Part shown: positions 25,810-37,380 of the stretch, in pieces
How the letters are laid out: each line of letters starts with the position of its first letter
Numbering within the stretch: the stretch's first letter is position 1
Notes under the pieces: model-generated
The model's input: only the letters and a program-made list of their open reading frames with translations
What the model was told of the DNA's origin: nothing
The model's database searches: none
Origin: Euprymna scolopes
Lineage: Eukaryota
Assembly: GCA_053919585.1 (NCBI GenBank)
Contig: CM132791.1
Length of the DNA stretch: 64,000 bases
Strand: one strand, 5' to 3'
Made by a program: the position numbers and the translations under genes

Positions 25810-26036
25810 CAATGAACTTCTGTGGAGAAGTCAATGACGCCTCTCTGCTTCTGACGCACGTCTTACACACGGATTTCTTTTCAGAGTATCACATCGTAAA
25901 TATCTGCAACAGAAATATGAAACTTTCCGACCATGAATGCATCAGTTCACTCATAAGTTATGCAATTTTTAATTCCTTCGGATCTATCAAACGAAAATAA
26001 AAAATATATGACGCATTCTTTTAGACCGCCCCTCGT
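25810..26036 (-). mobile_element. Mariner terminal fragment (homologous to 34780-34988)
   Basis: Shares 'tctctgcttctgacgcac', 'tatctgcaacagaaa.at.aaacttt', 'tgcaattt' and the TIR-like end 'cttt.ga...cctcg'. Confidence 0.65.
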
Positions 26037-26063
26037 TTATTATAAATATTATGATCCATGAGG

Positions 26064-26067
<4 letters not shown>

Positions 26068-26130
<63 letters not shown>
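26068..26130. repeat. (TA)n microsatellite
   Basis: Visible TA run. Confidence 0.95.
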
Positions 26131-26131
<1 letters not shown>

Positions 26132-26590
26132 TAGCGGGTGGGGGCGCCCGGCTTTTCACGGCTCTTCGTCCAGCTGTAAAATACGCTGACATATGATATT
26201 TTAATTTGTCCAGGTTTCGTATATATTATTATAGAGTCGTGATTTCAAAAGAAAAAAAGAAAGCATTTGGGTGCCATCAGCTAGAATCGAAACACAAACT
26301 ATAGCATTCAAATCACTCCACCAACGTGCCACGCAAATTAACGCATTAAAAATTGAAATCAAAAATTAAAAATAAACTAAGATGAATGTTGAAAATTGAT
26401 TACGATCTTTTCAATTTTTATCCCTTTTTGACCCCTTGAAACTATTTTAACTAGCTAAAGATCTATAAACGAAACTATTTTTACTAGCTTAAGATCTATA
26501 AACGAAACTATTTTAACTAGTTTCGAACTATTTTAACTAGCTAAAGATCTATAAACGAAACTATTTTAACTAGCTAAAAATCTATTTAGG
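26131..26590 (-). mobile_element. Non-autonomous Helitron, copy 4 (3' end present, other end unclear)
   Basis: 'ta|ctagcgggtgggggcgcccggcttttcacgg' resembles the termini of copies 1-3. It contains a tRNA-like segment and a 33-bp tandem repeat. Confidence 0.55.
26438..26588. repeat. 33-bp minisatellite, ~4.5 units
   Basis: Unit gaaactattttaactagctaaagatctataaac, with one truncated unit. Confidence 0.9.
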
Positions 26591-27466
26591 CAATTGGGCA
26601 ATTGTGTTATTGGTATGCAAACGGTAAGTGTTATATTTTGAGGGTAGGTTATACGTATTGCTAGAAGAGTGAAAAGTTACTTAAGAGGTGGGATTTATAA
26701 TGTTTACAATTAAGTGAGGTTTCAGTTTTTTATTTAGAAGTTTGTCTCTTTCTCTAAAATTAGTAATCAATAATTTTTCAGTTAAACATAAATAACATCT
26801 GCTACGATTTTTCCATTCTTATTTGATTTTATAACTCAGTCCATCTATGAATTCTGACGAAGCTAGTCGGATATTTCCTCTTCTTTTGAGGATTTCCCCC
26901 TTGCGGAAACAATATGTAAACTCATTCTGGACTCACAGTAATAAATTTCATATATATATATATATATATTAATTGAATATATATATATTAATTGCAGTGA
27001 TTCAATTAATTTCAAGAAAAAAATTATTGAAATTAAGTGTTTGAGTTTCATATCAAAGATTTTTATTATTCTAATCAGGACAAAGAATACTTTAGAAATT
27101 TTATATCCTTAACCTATAGGGTTTCTATGTCTACCATCTCATCAGAGGAGAGAAGATATTAGTAAATATGTATAAAGATATGTACTCTATTTTCTAAAGT
27201 CAGTGAGACATGGAAAGACAAAGTCAAAATAATTAATTAATCAGAAGTCATATCGCATGAAGATTTGAAGAAAAGAATATGAAAATTGTAGATCCAGATT
27301 GCATGGTAAAATTTAAGGTATTTGTTCTATCTTGCATATTGAGCAATTCTTATTTAGATGGGATAATACTTATAGAATATTACTGCCAGGAATATTTTGT
27401 AAATCTTATAATCACAGGTTTCCATACCAACTGATTGTTAAATAACATTATTCTGAAGAGTATATA

Positions 27467-27502
<36 letters not shown>

Positions 27503-27649
27503 CATATATACCTTACTACTGAACTCCAGTCGTCCGATTTAAGAGTGGCGTAGTTGGTGATTGCACAACCCTTAACTTACAATTACACGCGCAGAGACTG
27601 GACAAAGGCGATGATGACGATGAATACGTAAACTGTTTATAAAATAAAA

Positions 27650-27790
27650 AAACGTTAAACCTCGTCAGTACTAGATGGATTTCCATTTGGGGGGGGGGTG
27701 TATGTAGGAGGGTGTCGACATCCTACTGTGCAATAACTGCAATATACCTTATCTGACATAATCTGGATATACATGCCATGGAACGGGGTT
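27650..27790 (+). mobile_element. 5S rRNA-derived SINE, copy 2 (degraded, 5'-truncated)
   Basis: 'aacgttaaacctcgtcagtactagatggat' resembles the 5S IE/box C region, followed by the family body 'gtaggagggtgtcg...tgcaataactgcaa...ggatatacatgc'. Confidence 0.55.
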
Positions 27791-29347
27791 CGTTTATTAA
27801 TTTTAGATTCCATAGACGCTTTCGCTTATAGGTAACCTGTTATAAATAAATAGAGAAAACAATTTGCAGTTTCTCTATCAAACTTGACTGAAAAACAGGA
27901 ACTAATTATAAAAAATAAATTCAATTCGTTCTGTGAAATTGCAAAGAAGTAAAGATAAAAACTAATTTCTAAACACGTTTTCTTGTCTTTTCTGTGTAGC
28001 GAAATGGGTCGCATGCAACTTCCTTCATTTGTGATGTAATAGCTGCCATTTTATTTGTTTTATATTATACTTTATAAAAATACCAATATATAAAAGAAAC
28101 ACCCTTATGTTTTGCCGACATTGATTCGCGTTCATTAAAGCAAACATTTCCTTGTAGTTCTCGTTGTTCTTTTAATATAACCGCTGCCTTAATTATCAAT
28201 ATGTTCAGAATTTTATTTTTATTTACTGATTCATTACAAGCATCCTCTGTACAGAAATCTAATTATTTGTCTTTTTATGTTGTAAGTAAAAGAATATCTG
28301 TCCCAGAACGATTAAAATTAATTCCTCGAACAAGAACAGGTTTGTTCCACTTTCATGTACCTCTCAGAATATTAAAATCAATTTAAAATGTTATTAAACA
28401 AGATTATACTAACCAAACTTAATCCGATTTTGATTCAAATCCATTACATGTTTTGACGCTATAAAATATCTAAACTTTAAGTTGTCTTTTTAAGAAAACG
28501 TGAAACTCGAGGATTTTTTATAATGGCTATAGATCAAATTTAATGCAAATCTTAAGTATCTGGAATTTTAAATGGTAGGTTACGCGTTTACTATACATCT
28601 TAAAACCGTCGATTTTACATATTGAGTTAAATTCCGTTTGAATAGCATATTAAAACAGAGGACTTTTTCAATCAATTTCGGAAGGAGAAAAGTAACGATA
28701 CGTGCGTTGGTGGTTAAAGAATACAAGGTTCATGGAAATGTGTTCAAATTGACACTATCTTTCCTAGTACACCATATCCTCCATGTCTGAAGAAAGAGTA
28801 TCAGCGAGTTCCGTTCGAAGTGCTAACATTTAGACATTTAAATCTAATATGAACAGACCTCTCGCTGCTCAACTCCCTAGATATTGTCCTTGTAAACATC
28901 GCAATTTCTTACGTCTGAGTGACAATATACCGTGTTTGGATTAAATAAATTTTAAAAAGTGTTATTTTCACAAATTGATGATTAAAGCACACCGGCGTTT
29001 ATTCTATATTCTTCAGAACTCTGCCTATCGACAATATATTCATACGTTTCTCAAAGAAAAGAATGCGATAGTTGTGAATACATTGACAGTTATTTTATAG
29101 CTAGCAAATCTATAAAGCAACAGATTCTATCAAACGCCTTTTCTACGTGAAAGGCTATTGCTCTAGAAACAAATACCCCGTCAAAGGATTTGCTGATCGT
29201 ATGCAATATTACAATTAGCGCATTAGCATCTAACCTTACTGTGAAAAATTCGTATTTCTTGTCACTAAGTGAAGTGATTTGTTATTAGTTAAAATCTAAA
29301 TATTCTATCTCGTTTATATATTTAAAATACGTATTATGGTTAATTTA

Positions 29348-29592
29348 GTTATAGCCAGGATCGTCTGCTCTTTTTTACATCCGGTTTCTGGATTTCACTT
29401 GGCTGGACAATTAGACATGGCAAAGCCGACAAGAAAAGCAGTCTTAGCATGTGAAAAGCTGGGATGTGAGCTTTCTAGTTATTTAAGAGACAGACAATAA
29501 CTAATCAGGAGGAGTCATCATTTTTATCATTATTATTCCGTCTGCAGATCAGAAACCGGAAGTAAAACAGAGTAGGCAATTTTGACTATAAC
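29348..29592. mobile_element. MITE-like element with ~45-bp imperfect terminal inverted repeats
   Basis: 'gttatagccaggatcgtctgctcttttttacatccggtttctg' vs the reverse complement of 'cagaaaccggaagtaaaacagagtaggcaattttgactataac'. Confidence 0.6.
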
Positions 29593-30351
29593 CTTTAATT
29601 TTAAACTACACTACATCGGCGGATAAAAAGGTTGTATTGGTAAATTTAATTTGGGAAAAAAGAAAGTTTTAGCATTTCACCACAATTTCTTCTCCATCGG
29701 AATACATCTTTTTATGTACTGCTCAGCTTCAAGCTCTTATTATTCGAGCGAAGACACAATAACATATGGAGTATCTACTCTGTTCTATAGACACAGAAAA
29801 TTATTAGCTAGCAAATGCAAATTATTAATTGACAGAATCCCTATTATACATGAAAGACGTGAAACTGGGAAAGATTAAAAAGTCAAGTGCCAGTGCTTAC
29901 ATATTAATGATGGAATCACGCACAAATATTGTTCTAACATGTACGATATATATAGAATCAAGCAGAATTTCTTGTTCTACTCGGGGGGGATATAGATTTT
30001 CTGCTGTTTCATATTTGTTCTATAATGTAAAAGCATACTGAACCTCAACAGCAACATCAAATTAAAATCGAGCGACTTCATAAAAATTGTTACGGTATCT
30101 TGTGTCAAAAAATAGTCACAATAAATGGAATACTATTTAAATGTATTTTATGGATTATTTGAGCTACTGCTTTCATCTTGACTTTTATTTTAAGCTTAAA
30201 TGAACGTGTTGGTTTACACTCTCCACCCAGTAAGTGATGTATAGATATTATATATTAGGGAACCTAGGTAAGCAGGAATTTAGTTAGCTTGTATGTATTT
30301 TGACAAATGTCACATTGTAACAGAGTCGTTTCCAGGGTTGAATTAAAGATG

Positions 30352-30602
30352 GGTGACAAAGCAGGAGACATAGGTGAACGACCGCAGATAAAACAAGAGT
30401 CCATCAATATGACGACATAATGAATGACTTCATGTTTTCAAGCAAGGAGAAAACTAAGGTTTTAAAACGAGTCTTCCGCTGTAAGTCAAACACAACCCAT
30501 AATATAGAGACTCATAATCTCATCGAATGTTACTCCGATGTCTGTCTGTCTACGTTACTTATTTTTTAAGTTAGAAATTTAAGTTTAAGACGTAAATAAC
30601 TA
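30352..30602 (+). repeat. Dispersed repeat, copy B (homologous to 4597-4812)
   Basis: Same collinear blocks as copy A. Confidence 0.6.
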
Positions 30603-30617
30603 GCTAAAAAAACATTA

Positions 30618-30639
30618 CTCTCTCTCTCTCGCTCTCTCC

Positions 30640-30695
<56 letters not shown>

Positions 30696-30696
30696 A
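30618..30696. repeat. (CT)n microsatellite
   Basis: Visible CT run. Confidence 0.9.
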
Positions 30697-30699
30697 CTA

Positions 30700-31120
30700 T
30701 ACCCATTCTGTAGTAAGTAGTCCGGCGAATTCAAGTCGCGGGGAGCGCAGTGAGACAAAGGTACTAAGTCGTAGCACTCCTTCTGAAGTAAAGCCTAGGT
30801 CTCTTTGGACTTGTGAGCCGGCGCTGAATCCTGCCGCCACACCAGGCTCTGCCAACAGCCACTTGATTGCACTAGAGGATCACCACACTCTTCAGCAGAT
30901 CCAAGTACACGTTAGCGTGGAGTTTCAAGTCGACTTCAAAGATGTGAGGTGAAAACCACACCAAAGACAATAACCGTGGTCGGAAACTTTGTTTTCATCA
31001 ACATTAGCATATATCTGTTATTTATGGCAATCAAGTGATGTATTTTGAGGATGCTGGCAATGGTCATGTAGTCATAACCTCATAATTTGGATCAGTAGAG
31101 AGCATGAGTTGTACAGCGGC
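30700..31120 (-). mobile_element. Tc1/mariner-superfamily transposase remnant, maT/DD37D-like
   Basis: Minus strand reads MKTKFPTTVIVFGVV, PHIFEVDLKLHANVYLDLLKSVVIL, QDSAPAHKSKET and YDLVPLSHCAP.DLNSPDY. Confidence 0.75.
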
Positions 31121-31954
31121 GCTTCTCCGATCTCGTTCATTGAACATTGTCACTTTCAGACATGATAGAAGGCTCCCATCGCTCTTGACATTTGTACGCA
31201 ACTTGCCAACTAGTAGCTGGTCTGCGCAACACCAAACGGAAATGGAATCATGTCGTTTTTTTCTTGTGCGAGTAGTTTATCGTTCCACCCTGTATAGCGT
31301 TCTCTTGTTATTACATGAATGTTTATGTTGGTTAGAGGCTGCGAATGTGAATCCTTTAATAAGAAATCTACTGATGTGATGAGCTATGTTATAAAACCTT
31401 CGCTCGAATAAGTTTTATCTATGGTATCGATTGTCAGCGTGCAATCATGTGAATTCACAAGGAAGAGAATCGCTTGAATATCATTAATCATTTTTTGTCC
31501 GTGAGGAATTTCTAAAATTCTTTTGTTGAAAGAAAAAAATAACGGAAAAACATGAATATTCTACCGCACACAATAGAAGCATTCAAAAATCAAAAACACA
31601 ACAAAATATGAACGCGGAGGTCACCCTGACATGTTCTGTTGCCGTTTTGCAATTAAACTGGGGCTATATTATTTGCCGGTTATCAGAAGATACTCATCGC
31701 CTCGCGGTAATTATTGTACGGCCCAACACATTGCCGACGGCAAAATAATATGTATCTTAATAAAGGAAAAGATACATATTCTTATCAAACTGCTAAATTT
31801 GGCAATAGAGCTCACGTGATTCCACAACGGTTTTGAATAAATGACGTCGATTGTTACTATCAAGTAAATAGTTCTATATATAAAGCAATGGTGTCAGTAT
31901 GCTTGAATGTGTATCGCAGCGTTACAATTAAATGTTTGATCGAAGATTTTATTA

Positions 31955-32010
31955 AGTGATGGTAACCACTTATCAAGGCCCGTAAGCAGCTTTAGGATAA
32001 CGGTTAATAA
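31955..32010 (-). mobile_element. Isolated LINE 3'-UTR motif
   Basis: Reverse complement matches 'taacc.ttatcc...gggccttgataagtggt' at 25125-25170 and 36345-36390. Confidence 0.6.
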
Positions 32011-32254
32011 GTGTTAGATAGATTGTAAGACAACGCTATGATGATCAGAATTGGTAGAACTTTGGTACGGTTTAATTATTTGAGAGGATGGCCTTAATCG
32101 AATCAGCAGCTCTGAGCCGATAATCTTATCGATGTCAGAAGTTCCTAAACCTTTCTTATTATTCAAAAGTAAAAATTACATAAAAAATACGGCAAACGAA
32201 TGATCTGGCATGTTAGTATTATATTGTAGTTAGCGGAAAATATACTTATAATAC

Positions 32255-32529
32255 TGAACTGTACTGAAGTGATAGTGACCCTAGGCGGTTTTAACTGACT
32301 TCCTCCAAAGAAAGAAGTCTCGTTTGAGCGTGAAATTCACAAGTGGGCCCCAGTCGTATGTATATCCCCGTTAGAGTACACGATGACGGTAGGTTTTTGC
32401 AGCTCTTGCAAGGGGCCACCGACGTCCTCCTACAAAAATGATAACCAATTTTAGTACTAACCAGGCTCAACATTGCTTACCTCCGGTGGTCCAGCAAGAA
32501 CCTGTGTGTCAACGTGATCATGCCGTAAG
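32255..32529 (-). mobile_element. 5S rRNA-derived SINE, copy 3 (most complete head)
   Basis: Minus strand 'cttacggcatgatcacgttgacacacaggttcttgctggaccaccggaggtaagcaatgttgagcctggttagtact' matches about the first 80 nt of 5S rRNA, followed by the shared body. Confidence 0.8.
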
Positions 32530-32636
32530 TACTTATAATAGAACAAGCTAAGTCAATGTTTTAAAAATATTATTGCGTATTGTGAATTTTAAAGTTTTAG
32601 AAAACAAAAATAATGTTATATATATATATATATATA

Positions 32637-32681
<45 letters not shown>

Positions 32682-32699
32682 ATGAATGAAAAATACTTT

Positions 32700-33180
32700 A
32701 ACATATTTTAGATTTCAAAATTTATCGTTTAAAGATCAGTAAAGTGCAGAATATTTTTAATAAATATATTTATTTATTAAAATTAAATTAGAAGTATCAG
32801 TCAATGAAAAGCTTTCTTCTGGAAAATCTCGATAATAATTGGTTCTTTTCTTGTCCGGGTTTTGATTGTGAAATTATGAATTTTGAATTTCAGTATCAGA
32901 GTGCCTTTTAAACAGTCAATTTTCTATTATTTAAATGCGCATGCGGACGACCAGCGCTTTCACAATTAATCGGATACTTTGAACCTCGATCTTCATCAAC
33001 ATCTGAGGACGTGCGGGGTATTACTATTAGCATAGCACGTAATAGAAAGAAAATATTATTACTGGGTTAATCTTTCTTTATGGATCGAAAATTTGAGATT
33101 AATATTAATAAATAAATATATTTAAAAAAACATTTGCATCTGCCTGATTTTAAATGTTAAATTTTGAATTTCAATATAAC
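32700..33180. repeat. AT-rich ~80-bp inverted repeat pair (foldback/MITE-like)
   Basis: 32700-32785 aligns with the reverse complement of 33100-33180; a direct repeat also links ~32878 and ~33159. Confidence 0.55.
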
Positions 33181-33484
33181 ACTTTTAAACAGAAGGTTTT
33201 CTATTATGTTTAAAATTTATTTTGAATGGTTCAAATTATTTTATTTATTTAATAAAAATAAAATTTCGTTTTCTAAAATTTTCAAGATATACATATAATA
33301 AATATATATATTTTTTACTTAACGTACTTTATTTTGAAGAGAAAATATGTATCTTTTTTATATTAAAAGTTGATAAAAGTATATTTGTTTAATGTTAATA
33401 TATTTTTGCTTTGGTGAAATTTTTGCATCAGTAAATTTTTAAATTTAGAATCTATGTTTTTGTAAGTTTCTTTATTTTAGATAA

Positions 33485-33562
33485 TCGAACCGGTGCCAGG
33501 TCAGGATTATGCGGTAAGACAGAGCCGTCCAGCTGAACTTTGTCACACATTCCGTGGGCTTC
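33485..33562 (-). mobile_element. Short mariner fragment matching 34355-34420
   Basis: 'cggtgccaggtca.gattatgcgg.aagac...tccagctga.ctttgtcacacattccgtgggct' is present at both sites. Confidence 0.75.
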
Positions 33563-33689
33563 TAGAGATTGAAAGTTTAATCTTCAATGCAGGAGAAATT
33601 AAAAATACAATTACGAATTACTTCAAAGTTCTATCTGGTCATGATTGACGAAAGGAAAGAGTGTTAAATTAATTAAATAAAAGGTTTGG

Positions 33690-33850
33690 GTGAAGTTCCT
33701 TGCATATTCCGGAGTTCGACAGAAAGATTCCAGAGTTTGACAAGATACACTTTCAGAACAAAAGTTATATTGGTAAAACGTTGTAGGAATAACGTTTAAG
33801 ATGGGAAGAGTAGTCCAAATTATTAATCTTTAAATTCAAAATCCATAAAC
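33690..33850 (+). mobile_element. Penelope-like terminal fragment, third copy
   Basis: 'gagttcgac...gttatattggtaaaacgttgtaggaataac...aagatgggaagagtagtcc'. Confidence 0.4.
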
Positions 33851-34099
33851 ATTCATTTTAGGTTTTAATGTTATGTTAATCTTTTACTAATACAACTCGT
33901 ATTCAGTTTACAAAAATCCTTAAAGTTTACGTGATATTCTGATTCTGATATTTACATCGGAAAGATTTTGTCTTAGTAATGTGTACTTTGTTTTTGTCAA
34001 TGTTTTTGTGACATATTTTCATAGTATACACACAACAAAAGCAAGCACAGTAACTTTAATAGAATATGCCAGGATTATTCTAAACGTAATGCTTTCTAA

Positions 34100-34988
34100 T
34101 TTTAACTCAAAAGGGCTATGAAAACCGTTGTGGTACCATTAAAACAATCCCACTTTTGTTCCTTTTTCTACATTGTCATCACTATTCCTCAATGCAGTTT
34201 TGTCATCGGTGAACGAGAGCCTTGACGTCTTGATTGTAAAAGCCAGTCCCTACCAAGGCGGTCCATTTTTTTCACGGCTGTGATTACAGCATTGTTGTCG
34301 GTAAATATTGCCTATGTAATGCATCCTTCGGGGGTCCGGCCAAGTAAGATTCTGACGGTGCCAGGTCAAGATTATGCGGAAAGACCATCCAGCTGACTTT
34401 GTCACACATTCCGTGGGCTTCAAACTTATGCGTGGACTGGCGTCTTCGTGTTGCAAACAGAATGTTCCGTTTTCTCTGGCCTTTTATGGATATTCTGGGC
34501 CTTCAACTTCATCAATGTTTCAACGTGATAGTCAGAGTTTACAGTCAACCTGTGTATCAAAAAATCCTGAAAAATGACGTTTTTCCTGTCCCAGAAGAGA
34601 GTGTGCATTACTTTGCTTGCTGATGTTTACGTCTTAGACTTATTTGTTGGGAAGCGTGAATAGTGCCACTCACGTTTCCTAGAAAAAACGTTTAAGACTG
34701 GACTGACATCAACTACATTGGTTTCGTAAACGTTCTACGGGGGCCGTGAATGTTGATCGGTCTAATTTTTCTGCATGGGGGAATTCAATAGAGCATCTCT
34801 GCTTCTGACGCACACCCATGACAGGGGTTGCTTCCTTAGAGTCCCATACTGGCAATATCTGCAACAGAAAGATAAAACTTTCACATCATGGATTCATAAA
34901 TGCGGTCATCATAATGCAATTTGCAATCTCCTCTCATCCATTAGGACAGAATAAAAAACAGGATGCGTTACTTTTGGAATGAGCCTCG
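34100..34988 (-). mobile_element. Degraded mariner element
   Basis: Minus strand gives TVNSDYHVETL, LQHEDA (HDNA-like), a degraded SPDLAP motif and FYNQDVKALVHR..CIE; TIR-like end '...cctcg' at 34988. Confidence 0.75.
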
Positions 34989-35269
34989 CAGATTGATTGT
35001 ATACAATTAGTTGAACAGAAGTTGTTGTTTTACTCATAGATGGATGGAATTAAGGTTACTTATAGTATTGGCGCGGAAAAACAAAAGTGGTCCACTGGGA
35101 TTTGAACGCGACTTAAAAGCCCCTATAAGCTGAAGCGTATCCATTAAACACATTACACTTGTTAACTGGATGGTATAGTAAATATTACTTCTACGTTATT
35201 TGCTTTTAATTGAAATCGCTGGAGACAAGGCATGAAGCCACAAGATACGAAGGAGGAAAGATGATTATC

Positions 35270-35580
35270 ACAAAGACAGTAGATGCCTACTGATGTTAGT
35301 CTTGAAAAGGCGAAGCTGTAGGTAGAAGGAAAACAGTGAGTAGGAAGAGAGTTCCACAACCTTTTGTTCCTGGAAAGAAGCTATTAGAATACGAGATTCA
35401 TCAGCCTAAGCATGACAACACTAATCCACACATGGCTTCATAGTACATTTGTAGAGATAGAGATTTGCCTCAGGTGTGAGAAAGTGTTTAAAGCGAGAGA
35501 GAACTCATTTAAAACTCAATTCTATTTTATGTTCATCTTTCAAACCTTAGAATTAGAATCTCTTTCTAATGATCCCACCG
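35270..35580 (-). mobile_element. CR1/L2-type LINE 3' fragment
   Basis: SYSNSFFP..LWNSLPTHCFPSTY motif. Confidence 0.7.
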
Positions 35581-35954
35581 CTTCCTTAAGGGAATTTATA
35601 ATTAAGTATACAAGCGATATAAAATCCGAAATAAACATGCGTGTGTAGGAGTTAAAATTGAGCGAAATGAGAAACGTATCGATATTGATTAACTTCTTCA
35701 TTCGCGTACCTCCAAACCTATTTCGGTTGTAGGCCGCACCTTCGCTTTCTGCTCATGCAAGCGTGATTACAAAAAAAAACTAAAAAAATATATAAAATCT
35801 CAGTTCAATTTTTATTATCGCGATTCCACACCGTAAATACAATTTTCGATCAAAATTTATTATCGCATTAATAAAGAACGTGAGACAGAAATTAGAAAAA
35901 AAGAAGATGCTGATTACGATATGCAACAAGACACACAGATATTATGGTTAAGTT

Positions 35955-36125
35955 CGATTATTTTGTTTAACGGAATGTCAACACTTTTCGGGTTATTCAA
36001 TTCGGAATCCAGTTATTTTGGAAACAGTTTTTATGCTTCAAGTTCTTTATATCTTCAAGTATTTATTTGTAAAGTTTGGTTTGGTTGTTTTACGGCATGT
36101 CAACACTTTTCGGGTTATTTAACCG
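35955..36125. repeat. Direct repeat of ~40 bp (SINE-like head, two copies)
   Basis: 'tgttt.acgg.atgtcaacacttttcgggttatt.aa' at ~35963 and ~36086. Confidence 0.75.
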
Positions 36126-36330
36126 GTTACTAAACCGCAAAAAGTAACCCCAAGCTACACTTTATACTCTATTTAAATATTAATAGGAAAAATATCTTCC
36201 ACCTTTCTATACGCCATCTTCGTACGTACATAAGCAAACAATTGTCACGGTTGGATATCCAGTGCCATTAGCAACTCGATCGTTCTTCCGTACATAAATA
36301 CTTATTGGCTGTTGTCAATATGTTAGAATG

Positions 36331-37339
36331 TTTTTTCGCAAAGGAGTCACCGCTTATCAAGGCCCAAAGGCCACTCGGGGATAAGGATTAATGAGTATAA
36401 TTAATAGTTTAATTTTTTCTTAATTACATTTTTACCCCAAACCATGGCACAGTGTCACGTTGATTTAGAGGGTTACCATCTAAGACATAATTGCAGGGAT
36501 ACTATGCAGGAAGTCGAGCAGCAAGATGTCTGCTTACATTACTATTGAGCTTCTGCATGTCAGTACAGTCGGAAAAGCAGGAAGCCGGAAGGGAGTTCCA
36601 ACGTCTAGTAGTTCTAGAGAAGAAACTATTAGAGCATAAGTTTTTTTTGGCCTCTGGGGACCTTCACTGTTTAAGGGTGGGATTTTGCTGCTTGTTGGGT
36701 TTGTCGGGGGTATTTATGTTTAGGGGGTACAAAGGCTTGTAAAACAGGCAGAGGGATGCAACATTTTGTCGATGGGAGAGATATGGAGCCTAGCTGACAA
36801 TTCTGCCCCTATCAGGTTGGCGACTCTTCTTTGAACCCTGTTTAGGAGTAAGAGACTAGTAGTAGATGTACCATCTCAAATGTAACAACAATACTTCATA
36901 CATGGGGGGATGGTGGCCTTGTAAAGATATAGGATACTTTCAGGCGTAAATAACTTTCTAGCATCTTCCTCGCAGCAATGTCTTCGATGTATCTTTTCCA
37001 ACTCATGTTCCCTGTGAACGTTAAACCGAGAAGTACGAAGTACTTTTAGGTAATGTATCATTAGCCATAGCTATTGATAGTAATTATAAAAGGAAATAAA
37101 CTTAGCCTTTGCAGCATTGACTTTTACTCTCCATTTTTGTCCTCATTCAACTACAGACTACGAATACTTTAGTGTTTTGAACGTTTTGTGAGGTACATCC
37201 TGTCAGGTTGGCCTGGAAGACTTCTCTAAAAAGTGCTATTAGGCAATTAAGATGGTATCTTGTAGAGATTCTTAATATCTACGCGCTGAGTTGCCAGTGT
37301 TTTCATGAAACCGAATGGATCGATGAAATATCAAATCTA

Positions 37340-37380
<41 letters not shown>

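Noticed and set aside
27050-27430. Possible Polinton/PolB remnant (LYP and LSNS-like words)
   Set aside because: The motifs are too short and interrupted to support a call.
32440-32529. Functional 5S rRNA gene
   Set aside because: The 3' third and box C are degraded, there are many substitutions, and it is fused to a repeat body shared with other copies.
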